Positions 9,737 to 19,251 of a stretch of DNA of 64,000 nucleotides are shown in pieces. Every line of letters starts with the position of its first letter. Within the stretch, counting starts at the first letter, position 1. Origin of the DNA: Methanotrichaceae archaeon. Its GTDB lineage: Archaea > Halobacteriota > Methanosarcinia > Methanotrichales > Methanotrichaceae. The stretch lies in the NCBI GenBank assembly GCA_963748825.1, contig CAVVKN010000006.1, positions 32,001 to 96,000 of the forward strand, given 5' to 3'. A program made the position numbers and the translations under genes. Under the pieces are notes generated by a model. That model was not told the DNA's origin. It worked only from the letters and a program-made list of their open reading frames with translations, and did no database searches.

Positions 9737-9907
9737 ATGGCAGGCTTGATCGGTTTGGCTATAGCATTCTTCGTCCTCGCTCTCATAGCAGGAGCATTGG
9801 GGATGAGCGGAGTCGCGGGCATATCAATGAATATTGCCAAATGGCTGGTTATAATATTCATAATATTGGCGTTAGTAACGCTGGCGTTGATATCGTTTAT
9901 ACTGTAG
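9737..9907 (+). CDS. DUF1328 (UPF0391/YtjA-like) small membrane protein, 56 aa
   Basis: Below the ORF cutoff; [45 protein letters not shown]. Confidence 0.85.
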   Translation: MAGLIGLAIAFFVLALIAGALGMSGVAGISMNIAKWLVIIFIILALVTLALISFIL

Positions 9908-10148
9908 CAACCAGCAAAATTTTTTCGAGGAATAGAAAAATGTTTTGTTTCTGCTCAAATGTAATGGAGAAAATTGGCTAAATTCGCATCGCAAGCGCAA
10001 ATTCACATTGGAGGAATGCCGGAACCATCTCTTAGAATAAATTTATATATTGAGGATAACATTATACATGAATGCTCGGCACTTCTTCCATAGATGAAGG
10101 CTATTATGAGGCGATTGACTGTGTTGTAGGAAGCGAAGAGCTTACCTA

Positions 10149-10544
10149 ATGGTGGTGACGGAATCAATGATAAAATATGCTATAATGCTTGGAGTCTTTT
10201 TAGCTGTGCTCATATGTAATTGTGAAGCATCGGACGAAGCCGTGTTCTCGGACAACTTTGCAATGCCACCTATTAATCCCGCAGGGATCGTGCCTTGTGC
10301 AAATGCAGTAGCACCGATTCCATATGGGGTCGCAACTTTATATTGGGCGGAATTGATATCCCCTGGTGGTAAGAATTTATGGTTATATGTCAATGGTTGT
10401 TGGCGATCTTTATCTCAGCCAACTGATGCGATCCTAGCTTCTGTACAGGATGCGTTTAGTGATCCAGAACATTTTCAAGTGATTGCCTGGTATGAAAATA
10501 CCAAAATTATTGGCCTAGTAGTGAGATCTCCCATGACATGTTGA
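10149..10544 (+). CDS. Secreted hypothetical protein
   Basis: Signal-peptide-like N-terminus; TATA-like TTTATATA upstream. Confidence 0.6.
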   Translation: MVVTESMIKYAIMLGVFLAVLICNCEASDEAVFSDNFAMPPINPAGIVPCANAVAPIPYGVATLYWAELISPGGKNLWLYVNGCWRSLSQPTDAILASVQDAFSDPEHFQVIAWYENTKIIGLVVRSPMTC

Positions 10545-10934
10545 TAATTATGAGGTAGCCTACAAAGCGATGTGCTGTTGCATTTCAGCATATTTCAGCA
10601 GAATTCGGCAGATATCTGGATTGCCGATAAACATATCATAATATTGGTCAGATTCCTTCAAAAACGCATATTATTGGATATTCAGTGATTTAAGCAATGA
10701 GTGTGGAGAAACAGGGCGTTATAACCAATAGGAAATTGATTGAAATTCTATATCCCTGTAGGCTCTCTCCGAGATTCCATGCCGAAATAAATAACGAAGC
10801 CGATGCATATTGATTATTCGGCGAACAAGGATTATGCTTGAATCTGCGGGTATCGGATTCAAGGAATATGGGCGATATGGGTTATCCCTGCTATTATTCC
10901 TTCTATAATTTTAATTTCCTTAGATACGGTTAAT

Positions 10935-12662
10935 CCCACATTTCGCATTAACACTCCAATCCATAATATTTTTTGCAGTCCTGCCCGAGTAGCTTTAGGA
11001 CCAAGTCCTGAGTCTCGCTCAGCTTTATCAGCCGGCGAATCACATGTTGGCCCTCGGTTACTATTATTAATGTTACTCTCATAAAAAGCTGGAATATCCA
11101 TCTCATGGTCGGTTTTTGAGTCGGTTTTTTGAGTTGATTTGGGACACTCTGCCCAGCCTCCTTTAGTTTTCTTCGAAGCTTCCACTCTGCATACGAATAA
11201 ATCAATAGGCAAAGGACCATAATCATTGCCAAGGCCTCGATACGTTCTTCTTTCTTAAGAAAAAATTCTGATGCGTGGAAACTTTTGTCTTTCAAGAAGC
11301 GGAAGCCTCTCTCTACCGCTTGCTGCCCTTTGTAATAGTTCAGCATGGTTTCAGAATCTAGATCCAAGTCATTGCTCGCGAGTACGAACCTGCCCAATTT
11401 TTGGCGTTCTCGGATTACAGATTCTTGATCAATTTCGAGATCAGCTTCAATCGCATACTGATAAATTCGCGCTTCATCCTTCTTCGGCCTACCCCTCTTT
11501 TTTTCTGCACGCTCTAAAATAGAAGAGGCCACCAGGTCTTTAAGCTTGAAAAGAGGATGATCCGAAACCCATTTCTTTGCCGCGGCTATGGCATCTGGTT
11601 CACAAGCGTACCGTTGACGTTTCAGAGAATTGAGATCTTTCTGGGCATCACCCATCTTTTTTTGAAGGTTTTTATCAAAGGTCTTCTCCTTTTGCGCCTG
11701 CATCTCCTGGGACCAGAAAACCGCAGCTTTCTGAGGAATGCCTCCATAATTCAGATATGTAGTATGGAACGCATAGCGTGGATCCGTTGCAGGTGTCATT
11801 TCCAGTTCTGCTGAGATCAAAGCCTTTGCTGCCCCTACAGTTTCAGGAATACGAGTGATCCAATGTAGATCTTTTCCCAGTAGCTTGAGATTTTCTTCAG
11901 AATAAATAGCGCTATCTGCGACCCAATAATTTGAATCATCGAAGGAAATGGACTCTCTCAGTCTCTGGATCATCTCTGGCAAACTTTTTTTATCAGATTT
12001 GTTTCCGGAGAACGACTGCATAAAAAGAGGAACTCCATGTTGATTCACGACCATTCCCAGAACGAAACGCTTAAGGTCCATTCGGTTATCTTTGGCATGG
12101 CCAAAAGTAATTTTAATTGAATCTGTTCCATCTGGAGCATCACCTTCATACTTTCCAAACATCGAGAAGTTTGTCGTATCCACATGTAGTAGATGCGTTT
12201 CCTCGGTCATTTTGTTCATGACTTGCAGAGCAAGCTCGTTAAACAGCTCCGTTGGACCATAGTCAAAAATTGCATCTAATGTTCGCGATAATGTGTCATC
12301 ATTCAGGTTAGATGGCGAAATGCCTTCTCCCAATAAACTCTCGGTAGGAAGACCTATGAAAAAATTGGAGTAAAAATAGAGACGAGATTCATTAAAACCC
12401 AGGCCATTCAGGGCCATTGCCTTTATAATTGCGGAATGACTGGCTTTATGATGTCTGGTTTTTGGGAGTGCGCGATCTATGACCTTACCTATACCAAGTT
12501 CATCAAAGATCCCTGCTACTATCCCAAAATGCTCGATGATATTTGTCGAGATATCCATGCCACTTCCCTTCATGGAAGCATATGGTTGAGCTATTAAAAA
12601 AGATTATCCATAAAAGTCAAGGGAAATTATGAAGTGTTCAAACCGTTAATGCGAAATGTGGG
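10935..12662 (-). mobile_element. IS1634-family insertion sequence, complete
   Basis: 18-bp IRs CCCACATTTCGCATTAAC; 6-bp TSD GTTAAT (10929-10934 and 12663-12668). Confidence 0.9.
10948..12573 (-). CDS. IS1634-family transposase
   Basis: HVDTT, FGHAKDNRMDLK, VADSAIYS and YKGQQAVERGFRFLK motifs. Confidence 0.92.
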   Translation of the reverse strand: MKGSGMDISTNIIEHFGIVAGIFDELGIGKVIDRALPKTRHHKASHSAIIKAMALNGLGFNESRLYFYSNFFIGLPTESLLGEGISPSNLNDDTLSRTLDAIFDYGPTELFNELALQVMNKMTEETHLLHVDTTNFSMFGKYEGDAPDGTDSIKITFGHAKDNRMDLKRFVLGMVVNQHGVPLFMQSFSGNKSDKKSLPEMIQRLRESISFDDSNYWVADSAIYSEENLKLLGKDLHWITRIPETVGAAKALISAELEMTPATDPRYAFHTTYLNYGGIPQKAAVFWSQEMQAQKEKTFDKNLQKKMGDAQKDLNSLKRQRYACEPDAIAAAKKWVSDHPLFKLKDLVASSILERAEKKRGRPKKDEARIYQYAIEADLEIDQESVIRERQKLGRFVLASNDLDLDSETMLNYYKGQQAVERGFRFLKDKSFHASEFFLKKEERIEALAMIMVLCLLIYSYAEWKLRRKLKEAGQSVPNQLKKPTQKPTMRWIFQLFMRVTLIIVTEGQHVIRRLIKLSETQDLVLKLLGQDCKKYYGLEC

Positions 12663-12732
12663 GTTAATGGAAATAATGACCCATATGAGCCAGATTTGCT
12701 GATAAAGCTGCTAAAACCCATGTCTTAGTATA

Positions 12733-12804
12733 ATTCCGCAAAAAGTCTACATTTTCCCTATATTTAACTATATAATAGGGGAATTGTATACTTTTTTAGG
12801 AAAT
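12733..12804. repeat. Hairpin family, copy 3
   Basis: ATTCCGCAAAAAGTCTACATTTTCCC...GGGGAATTGTATACTTTTTTAGGAAAT. Confidence 0.8.
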
Positions 12805-12888
12805 CGTCCAGAGTAGGTTATATCACTTCTCTTTCAAGCTCTTGCGTCCCATTTCTGTCAGAAAAACCTTTGAGATGGCATTGGGAAG

Positions 12889-14536
12889 GGCACAATCTAG
12901 AAATCCAGTGATATAGTGAAGGCAGGATACATCCACCCGAAAATATTTTAATCTTCAAGCGAAATGTACCCTGTGTGACCCTTCAATGACACAAATACAG
13001 CTTACCATGAAAAACTTTCCCTTCGTCGAACAGTTGAAAGCGATTTTCGAGGGATATTCGGACGATTACGAGTACACTTCGAATGGAATCTTCCGCAAAA
13101 TTAAACCACAATTATGTACTGATTGCGGGACTCCCATGAACCATAATGGCTTCAATAATCATACCAAGAGGCTACTCGGCGATGTTAAGATAGGCAAATA
13201 TCTGTGTCCCAATTGCAGCAAAAATATTGAGGAAGAACATGGGTTTTGGGAGAACGCTACGAGCGCATTTTTCGGATTATTTGGCGGTCTTTGTCAGCTC
13301 CTGAGGGTTAATCATGTCTCCCTGGAGGTAATCGAGAAAGTATCAAACTACATCTATCCGCGCAGCAAGGACACCATTTGCACGATGATCAAATCTGCGA
13401 CAGACAATATGGTGGTTCCCAATATCGAAGATGTTCAATTTGTTCACTATGATGAGCAACATCCCAAGACAGGTAGAAGTCAGAAATACCGACTAACTCT
13501 CCTCGATTATAGGACGAAACAAGTGATTGCAGATGAGTTATTCGACTCAAAAGATGGGGCAACCATCGAGGATTTCCTTCGAAGAAACCTCGACGTACAT
13601 AAACCTATATTTATAGTGACGGATCTTTATAGAGGCTATGATGAAATATTCAGGAAAATTTTTGGAAATCGAGTGGCCCATCAATTCTGTTTGTTTCATC
13701 AGGACAAGCTCATAGTCAATGATTTTCCGAAAAAGACAACAATCGAAGAAGAACTATTGAAATATAGAATATTAAATATATTTTATAATAGGACCGCAGA
13801 AATGCAATGGCTTTCATGTCTGATTGAAGAAGAGCAAGAGATGAAAAAACGAGGCGAAAAGACATACAAGGAATGGCTAGAAGAAGCACAGAAATGGTTT
13901 AAAAAGTTTGTTTATGGTTTGGAGAAGGAACGAAGAAGAAATCATAGGAATATGGAGACAAGAAGTTTATATGATGCTAAGAAAAATTTGGATGAATTAA
14001 TGAATGAAATAGGTGTATTTAAGATTATAATTCAAAAAAGATTAAAGCAAATCGAGAAGGATTGGCAACATCTTATGATCTTCCAATTATTCGATGGCGC
14101 TCCTGCAACCAATAATCCACTAGAAAATTATTATTCTTGTAGCTTGAAGACTCATAGAAAACAACAGCTAGAAGTCCCTGGAATCGAAGAACAAATGAAG
14201 CTTTCTCGTCTAAAAAGATGGGGAATGTTTGGAATACCACAAAAGACCTTGATCGAAGCATTCTTTGTCTTCATTCCTTTCATGGACTGGAAATGAAGGT
14301 TAGTTTATTTATATTATATTTTGTAAAAAAAACTTCTAGCTAAGGCTGCCGTCGGAAGTTAAAATTTTTAAAAATTATTTTTTAAAGTTAAGCTATTATT
14401 TAGAGAATACTATGATGTAGACACAACAATTTTAGTATGTGAGACAAAATTATACCAAACTTTGGTGGCAATAGGAAGATGTGTGCGATCATGGTATTGG
14501 AAAAGTTGAAAAATCACTCGATTTCTAGAAAGTGCC
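12889..14536 (+). mobile_element. ISNCY/ISM1-like insertion sequence
   Basis: IRs GGCAC..TCTAGAAATC.AGTGAT; 8-bp TSD TTGGGAAG (12881-12888 and 14537-14544). Family assignment is tentative. Confidence 0.8.
12986..14296 (+). CDS. DDE transposase (ISM1/ISNCY-like)
   Basis: Zn ribbon CxxC...CxxC, HYDEQ, VTDL, HQFCLFH, TNNPLENYY. Confidence 0.85.
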   Translation: MTQIQLTMKNFPFVEQLKAIFEGYSDDYEYTSNGIFRKIKPQLCTDCGTPMNHNGFNNHTKRLLGDVKIGKYLCPNCSKNIEEEHGFWENATSAFFGLFGGLCQLLRVNHVSLEVIEKVSNYIYPRSKDTICTMIKSATDNMVVPNIEDVQFVHYDEQHPKTGRSQKYRLTLLDYRTKQVIADELFDSKDGATIEDFLRRNLDVHKPIFIVTDLYRGYDEIFRKIFGNRVAHQFCLFHQDKLIVNDFPKKTTIEEELLKYRILNIFYNRTAEMQWLSCLIEEEQEMKKRGEKTYKEWLEEAQKWFKKFVYGLEKERRRNHRNMETRSLYDAKKNLDELMNEIGVFKIIIQKRLKQIEKDWQHLMIFQLFDGAPATNNPLENYYSCSLKTHRKQQLEVPGIEEQMKLSRLKRWGMFGIPQKTLIEAFFVFIPFMDWK

Positions 14537-15046
14537 TTGGGAAGTGATAAACTCGATGGATAATCGCTGATCATAATGTCTACGTGCCCCGACTTCTTTA
14601 AGAGCTTCAGACGAGTTCCAAGTTCGGTTGCATCAAGCTTAAGGATCTCATTAACCTTGACAGGACTGATAGAGATCTTCGGGGACAGCTCATTGATCGC
14701 GTTAAGAATCGTTATATCCGTATCGTCCATAAATCTTACCAGATAATATATGCATCTAATAAGATTTATAGTGTTGCCCTGGTATAATGCGAGAGCTTCC
14801 TCCTAAATCGCGATGAGAAACTTCGTGAATAGGTTACTCAGTTTTAAGATTAGCACAAGATAACAAGAAAATTGGATGCATAAAGAAAAAGGCGACTCAC
14901 TGTTTCACAATTTCTTTATTCAGAACGAATCACATTAAATCCTAAACTATTGACCTAACGAAAAATATTTAATTGAGTACACGATATGTATAAGTAGACC
15001 TCGCACAGTTCCGTATACATCTTACGGAACAATTGAGGGGTACTTA

Positions 15047-15328
15047 ATGGATGCAGAATTCATTCTGACTCTAGCGTCACAGTCATGGTTGAAATGGTTC
15101 AGTTGCCCGCATTGTGGCAGTGATTGTCCTACATCTAAAAATGGTCGCTGTACTGAATGCGATGAGCAATTGGTACTTGTAAAAAATCAAGCGGCTGGAA
15201 ACTATGATCTTAATGGTTTTTCAGGAAAATTGAATTCTCTAATTCCTCTGCAAACGGGATCGTCTTATTATTACCATAACCAGTGGAATCGATTAGTTAA
15301 CCCGATCATAGAAATAGATAATTCGTGA
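15047..15328 (+). CDS. Small Zn-ribbon protein (paralog at 54110-54391)
   Basis: CPHC...CTEC; GAGGGG RBS; conserved paralog within the window. Confidence 0.75.
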   Translation: MDAEFILTLASQSWLKWFSCPHCGSDCPTSKNGRCTECDEQLVLVKNQAAGNYDLNGFSGKLNSLIPLQTGSSYYYHNQWNRLVNPIIEIDNS

Positions 15329-15411
15329 ATTAGATGAGGAAATCATCCGTATCCGGCTATTACATCCTCACAATTCAGAGAGTTGGGAATTGATCCGCTT
15401 GAAATCACCTA

Positions 15412-16730
15412 GTACAGCTGGGCTTAAATAAGCCTAATTTTAGGCAGCAAGTGCTCTCCCTCGATATGTCCATTTGAACGGCTTTGCCATTGTTTGGTTG
15501 AAGTACTCGACAAACGCCAAAACCTTTGCTTTCAAATCATTGATGGAAGCAAAGGAGGCTCGCCTGAGCAGCTTCCGGACTAAGATGCTAAACCATATTT
15601 CAACTTGGTTCATCCAAGAAGCGTGTATCGGCGTGTAGTGAAAGACGATAGAGTGGGATGGATCGGTCAAGAATGATTCACGAGTCTCGATCGACTGCAA
15701 AACACCGCTTTTGCCTTTGATTCCTAAGTCTATGTCCAACTCGGATATATCGGCCACATACCTCACGAGGGATTCTGATTTATGGATATTGAGGTTGTCA
15801 GCGACAAAGTGCCAGCGGGATGCGGATAAAGAGCTTTCAACCACCTCCTTGATATGCGATACGAAGTCATCTTCATTGCGCGTATCGCCGCAAGAAATGG
15901 TGTCAATCCGTCCGCTGGCTACCGCAAAGCTCACGATGAATGATTGAGTTCCATGCCTGACGTACTCAAACTCTCTTCGTTCCACTTTTCCTGGTGCCAT
16001 TGGCAATCCAGGGTGTTTGCGTTCGAGAGCTTGAACCCCCGTCATTTCATCGATGCTCATTACAACTTCACCTTTTTGAGCTAAATTCTGGGCTTGTTGG
16101 TACAATGAATTGATGTCGTCTACCTTTTCGTCAAACCGTTCGTCCGGCGCAGGTGTTAGCCAGTAGCGAATCAAGTGTGGTTGGAGACCCTTTTTTTTAA
16201 AATCCTGGCAGAATGACGAGCTGAAATCGTATCTACAATGCCCCGCTTCATTATTTCAGCTGCAATCTCACGGCTTGTCCATTGGCTAATTGGACGTCCA
16301 GATTCAGCAGGTTTCTCACAAGCCAGCTGTTGGATCTGACAAATCTGGTTTGCAGTTAAACGAGGTGGTGCTCCGGGTCTTGGCAGGTCATCCAAGCGTT
16401 CTTCAACACTCAGATCGTCCAAAGAAATCGGCTGCAAGTCCAGCCATCGTTGCCGCCATAATCGAGCAGTGTCCAAGGACACATCTAATTCATTAGCGAT
16501 TTCGCGATTATTTTTGCCAATCGCAGCCAGCAAAACAATCCGTGCTCGGATAACTTTTTGCTGCCCTGTAGTATACCGACGAACAAGCAATTCCAACTCT
16601 TGGCGCTCGACGTCGGTTAAGTTGATTGCTGATGGTTTCGGACCCGGCATTGATACTCCCCTGTTGCAGAGTATCTATCAATGATTATATATAAAACATT
16701 ATTGTTTGGTTTATATCAGCCCAGCTGTAC
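15412..16730 (-). mobile_element. IS630-family insertion sequence, complete
   Basis: IRs GTACAGCTGGGCT; TA duplication within CTAG; orfA and orfB joined at an A8 run. Confidence 0.9.
15440..16650 (-). CDS. IS630 transposase (orfA 16171-16650 plus orfB 15440-16174, frameshifted)
   Basis: HTH orfA (RPGAP) and DDE orfB ([15 protein letters not shown]); slippery TTTTAAAAAAAAG junction. Confidence 0.9.
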
Positions 16731-17370
16731 TAGCAGCCTTATGCCTCGATCTGTTGTTTCGTATTCTATGTTCTTTCCCTGCCTAACCTCTATGAGGTTG
16801 TTTTTTATCAGCAGATCGATATAAGGATCTACTGTTCTGAAGTTGAGGTTTGCCTGATATACTATCCTTGTCTTATTTGCACCGTCTTTGCATATATCTA
16901 ATATCTCTGAGATAATCACATGTTTGCTTCTCTTCATAATCTTCTTTCCCCTCTTGATGTTAGGTGCCGAGCTAAGTTCGATAGATACTTTCATTATCTC
17001 AGCAATATTGCTACGGTTGAGCAACGATTAAATACCTAGCGAATGTATCATCAGTAATCTTGTTATTATTATCGTAACTCATATTTATTTTAAAAAATAT
17101 TTTAAAAAGACATATACAATTTTTTTCAAACATTATCAACTACAAATGCTCAATGAGGTCGAAAAATTACAGCACTTTAATTAACACACACACACAAATT
17201 AATTAGAAATGATTATAAATGCTATTAACTTTGATGAACATATATAATAGATTATAATTTAAATTTGATGTTGATTGTCGCGACGAGACATCTGGTCTAG
17301 GATGCTATACCGCAGAATCCTTAATTGTTTTCATTGCACAAAGGTCGCATGTAGCGGTAATTTCTTCTAA

Positions 17371-18677
17371 GGGGTTGACGCAAAATAATTTACCTAAAAA
17401 TTCTTGATTCCGGCAAGGTTACACGCGGCTCAATTGAATAATTCCAATTAGGATGTAATTCATGAAATATAATTTTTAGTTCTGCCATATCTTCATCCGA
17501 TATCCTTTTTCCTTTTTCATAGTCTCTTTCATCCAAGCGAGCCTCTACTTTAAGTCCTTTCTTTGTCTTGGTTGCACCGATTAGCTTGATAATCGTTTCA
17601 TAGCTGGCCAACGGCTTTCCACGCCAATTCATGCTTATGAATGAGAACATGCAATGCTCAATCTTATTCCATTTGCTTGTCCCCGGCGGAAAATGACAGA
17701 CTGTTATTGTCACTCCAATTTTGTCCGCCAAATCCTGCAAAAAGAATTTCCAGCTTCTGTTTCGGCTTCCATTGCTTCCTCCTCCATCCGCACAGATAAG
17801 CAAATTTTTACATTCTACATAATTGTATTTTCCAATCATATTCCACCATTGTCGGATGCTTTCAACGGCGAACTCCGCAGTGTTATAGCTCTTGCCCACA
17901 TTAACCAAGCCATCATTTCGTTTGAGATCATAAATACCATAAGGTATCGCAGAGCCTATTGCTAACGATGGAAAATCATACACATTTACCTCTTCGGGAT
18001 CGCCTATTTGCCTCCAAGTTCTACCTGAGTTCTTAAAATCGCCAATGTTCTCTTTTTTCTTTGCGTCTACAGAAATTACAGGATCGCCATTATCTATGAA
18101 TTTGGCTGCCTGTGTATTAATATAACGAAACTGACTATCTCTCTCAGGAACTGATTTGCCTTCTAATGTTTTTTTATTGGCTTGAAGCGAATAGCCACTT
18201 TCTTTCAAGAGACGTCCTACCGTATCGTGGCTCACATCATGCCCTTTTAACTGTAGCTCTTCGGCTATGGCATAGGTCGATTTATATGTCCATTTAAGAA
18301 GGCTCATTGGATCGCCTGCCGTGCTTTCTTTCATGAGATCTTCCAGGTCACTCATAAGAGATGGGTCCGTGTTTTTAGCCTTCTTCCGTCCGCCACCTGG
18401 CTTGCGGAGCCTCTCCGGCGGCTTCAATTCATCTTCGTTCTCAAGCTCTTGAACGCCCTTATCGATGGTCTTTCTGGATAATCCAGTTATGGCAGAGACT
18501 TTTGAGACACCACCCCGACCGATCTCAAGGGCTTTGGCCGCTGCAAATCGCCTTGCTTGGACGGAATCAGCACCTGACATAGCTTTTAAAAAGGGTCCAT
18601 ATTTAGCATCGTCATCCATAATTATAAAGACAACGTTCTACAATATAAGTTTGTGCATTTTATTCTGCGTCAACTCC
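17371..18677 (-). mobile_element. ISAzo13-family insertion sequence
   Basis: IRs GG(G/A)GTTGACGCA(A/G)AATAA; 3-bp TSD TAA. Confidence 0.88.
17390..18619 (-). CDS. ISAzo13-family transposase
   Basis: ISVDAKKKE, ADGGGSNG and PPGTSKWNKIEH motifs. Confidence 0.92.
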   Translation of the reverse strand: MDDDAKYGPFLKAMSGADSVQARRFAAAKALEIGRGGVSKVSAITGLSRKTIDKGVQELENEDELKPPERLRKPGGGRKKAKNTDPSLMSDLEDLMKESTAGDPMSLLKWTYKSTYAIAEELQLKGHDVSHDTVGRLLKESGYSLQANKKTLEGKSVPERDSQFRYINTQAAKFIDNGDPVISVDAKKKENIGDFKNSGRTWRQIGDPEEVNVYDFPSLAIGSAIPYGIYDLKRNDGLVNVGKSYNTAEFAVESIRQWWNMIGKYNYVECKNLLICADGGGSNGSRNRSWKFFLQDLADKIGVTITVCHFPPGTSKWNKIEHCMFSFISMNWRGKPLASYETIIKLIGATKTKKGLKVEARLDERDYEKGKRISDEDMAELKIIFHELHPNWNYSIEPRVTLPESRIFR

Positions 18678-19058
18678 TAAGTTACTTGATATAGAAGATG
18701 GGATCGGCATGTGATATTCGATTGCCTTTCTTAAAGTTTCCATTCCAAGTGGCTTAGTTAGAAAATCATCTGCACCAGCCGCAAGGCAGATCTCCCGATA
18801 ATTGTTTAAGGACGTTACAACTATGATTCTTGGATCTTGAAATCCTCTTCGCCGGATGCGTTTTGTCGCCTCTAATCCATCCATCTCTGGCATTTGAATA
18901 TCCATGAACACGATATTGTAGGAGTGACGTTCTAGGGCTTCAATTGCTTCGATTCCGTTTGTAACAAGATCTGCTTGATAACCAAGCTTATTGAGCATGG
19001 ACGAAGCAACCTTCTGGTCAATATCACTATCGTCCACTAGCAGAATGCTTAAGGACAT
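18660..19058 (-). CDS. Single-domain response regulator (REC); native C-terminal tail displaced by ISAzo13
   Basis: ILLVDD, FMDIQMPEMDG, FLTKP; the native tail LEEITATCDLCAMKTIKDSAV* lies at 17305-17370. Confidence 0.85.
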   Translation of the reverse strand: MSLSILLVDDSDIDQKVASSMLNKLGYQADLVTNGIEAIEALERHSYNIVFMDIQMPEMDGLEATKRIRRRGFQDPRIIVVTSLNNYREICLAAGADDFLTKPLGMETLRKAIEYHMPIPSSISSNLGVDAE

Positions 19059-19251
19059 TTCCCTCCCACCCAATTCTATATGATCAGTACTTTATATAAG
19101 AATCTTTTGTCTGTAATAATTTAATACTAATTCAACAATTAAATTTATCAAAATATATGCAGTTTATCGTTATCGTTTTAACTTTAAGAATATAAAAAAT
19201 CAATTCTATCTATTAATTATAATAGTAAATCTTTTGATATGTTATGACTAA

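Larger units (their letters stand above)
12823..14730 (-). pseudogene. Small winged-helix regulator split by the IS at 12889-14536
   Basis: Removing the IS and one TSD restores ...DYPSSLSLPNAISKVFLTEMGRKSLKEK* (wHTH wing motif LTExGR). Confidence 0.8.
15368..16937 (-). pseudogene. Archaeal winged-helix (HTH_45/DUF4364-like) regulator split by IS630
   Basis: MKRSKHVIISEIL...TTDRGIRLL|GDFKRINSQLSEL* after IS removal; matches the intact paralog at 59310. Confidence 0.85.

Noticed and set aside
10620-10682. dif-like 11-6-11 sites
   Set aside because: The arms are poorly symmetric; plausible by chance in AT-rich DNA
769-12804. Hairpin copies as a CRISPR array or canonical integron attC sites
   Set aside because: Spacing is kilobases and irregular, attC core sites are absent, and the integrase relics are too short for IntI
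16171-16200. IS630 orfA/orfB split as a pseudogene or a novelty
   Set aside because: The same A8 junction is present in both IS630 copies; this is the known programmed frameshift
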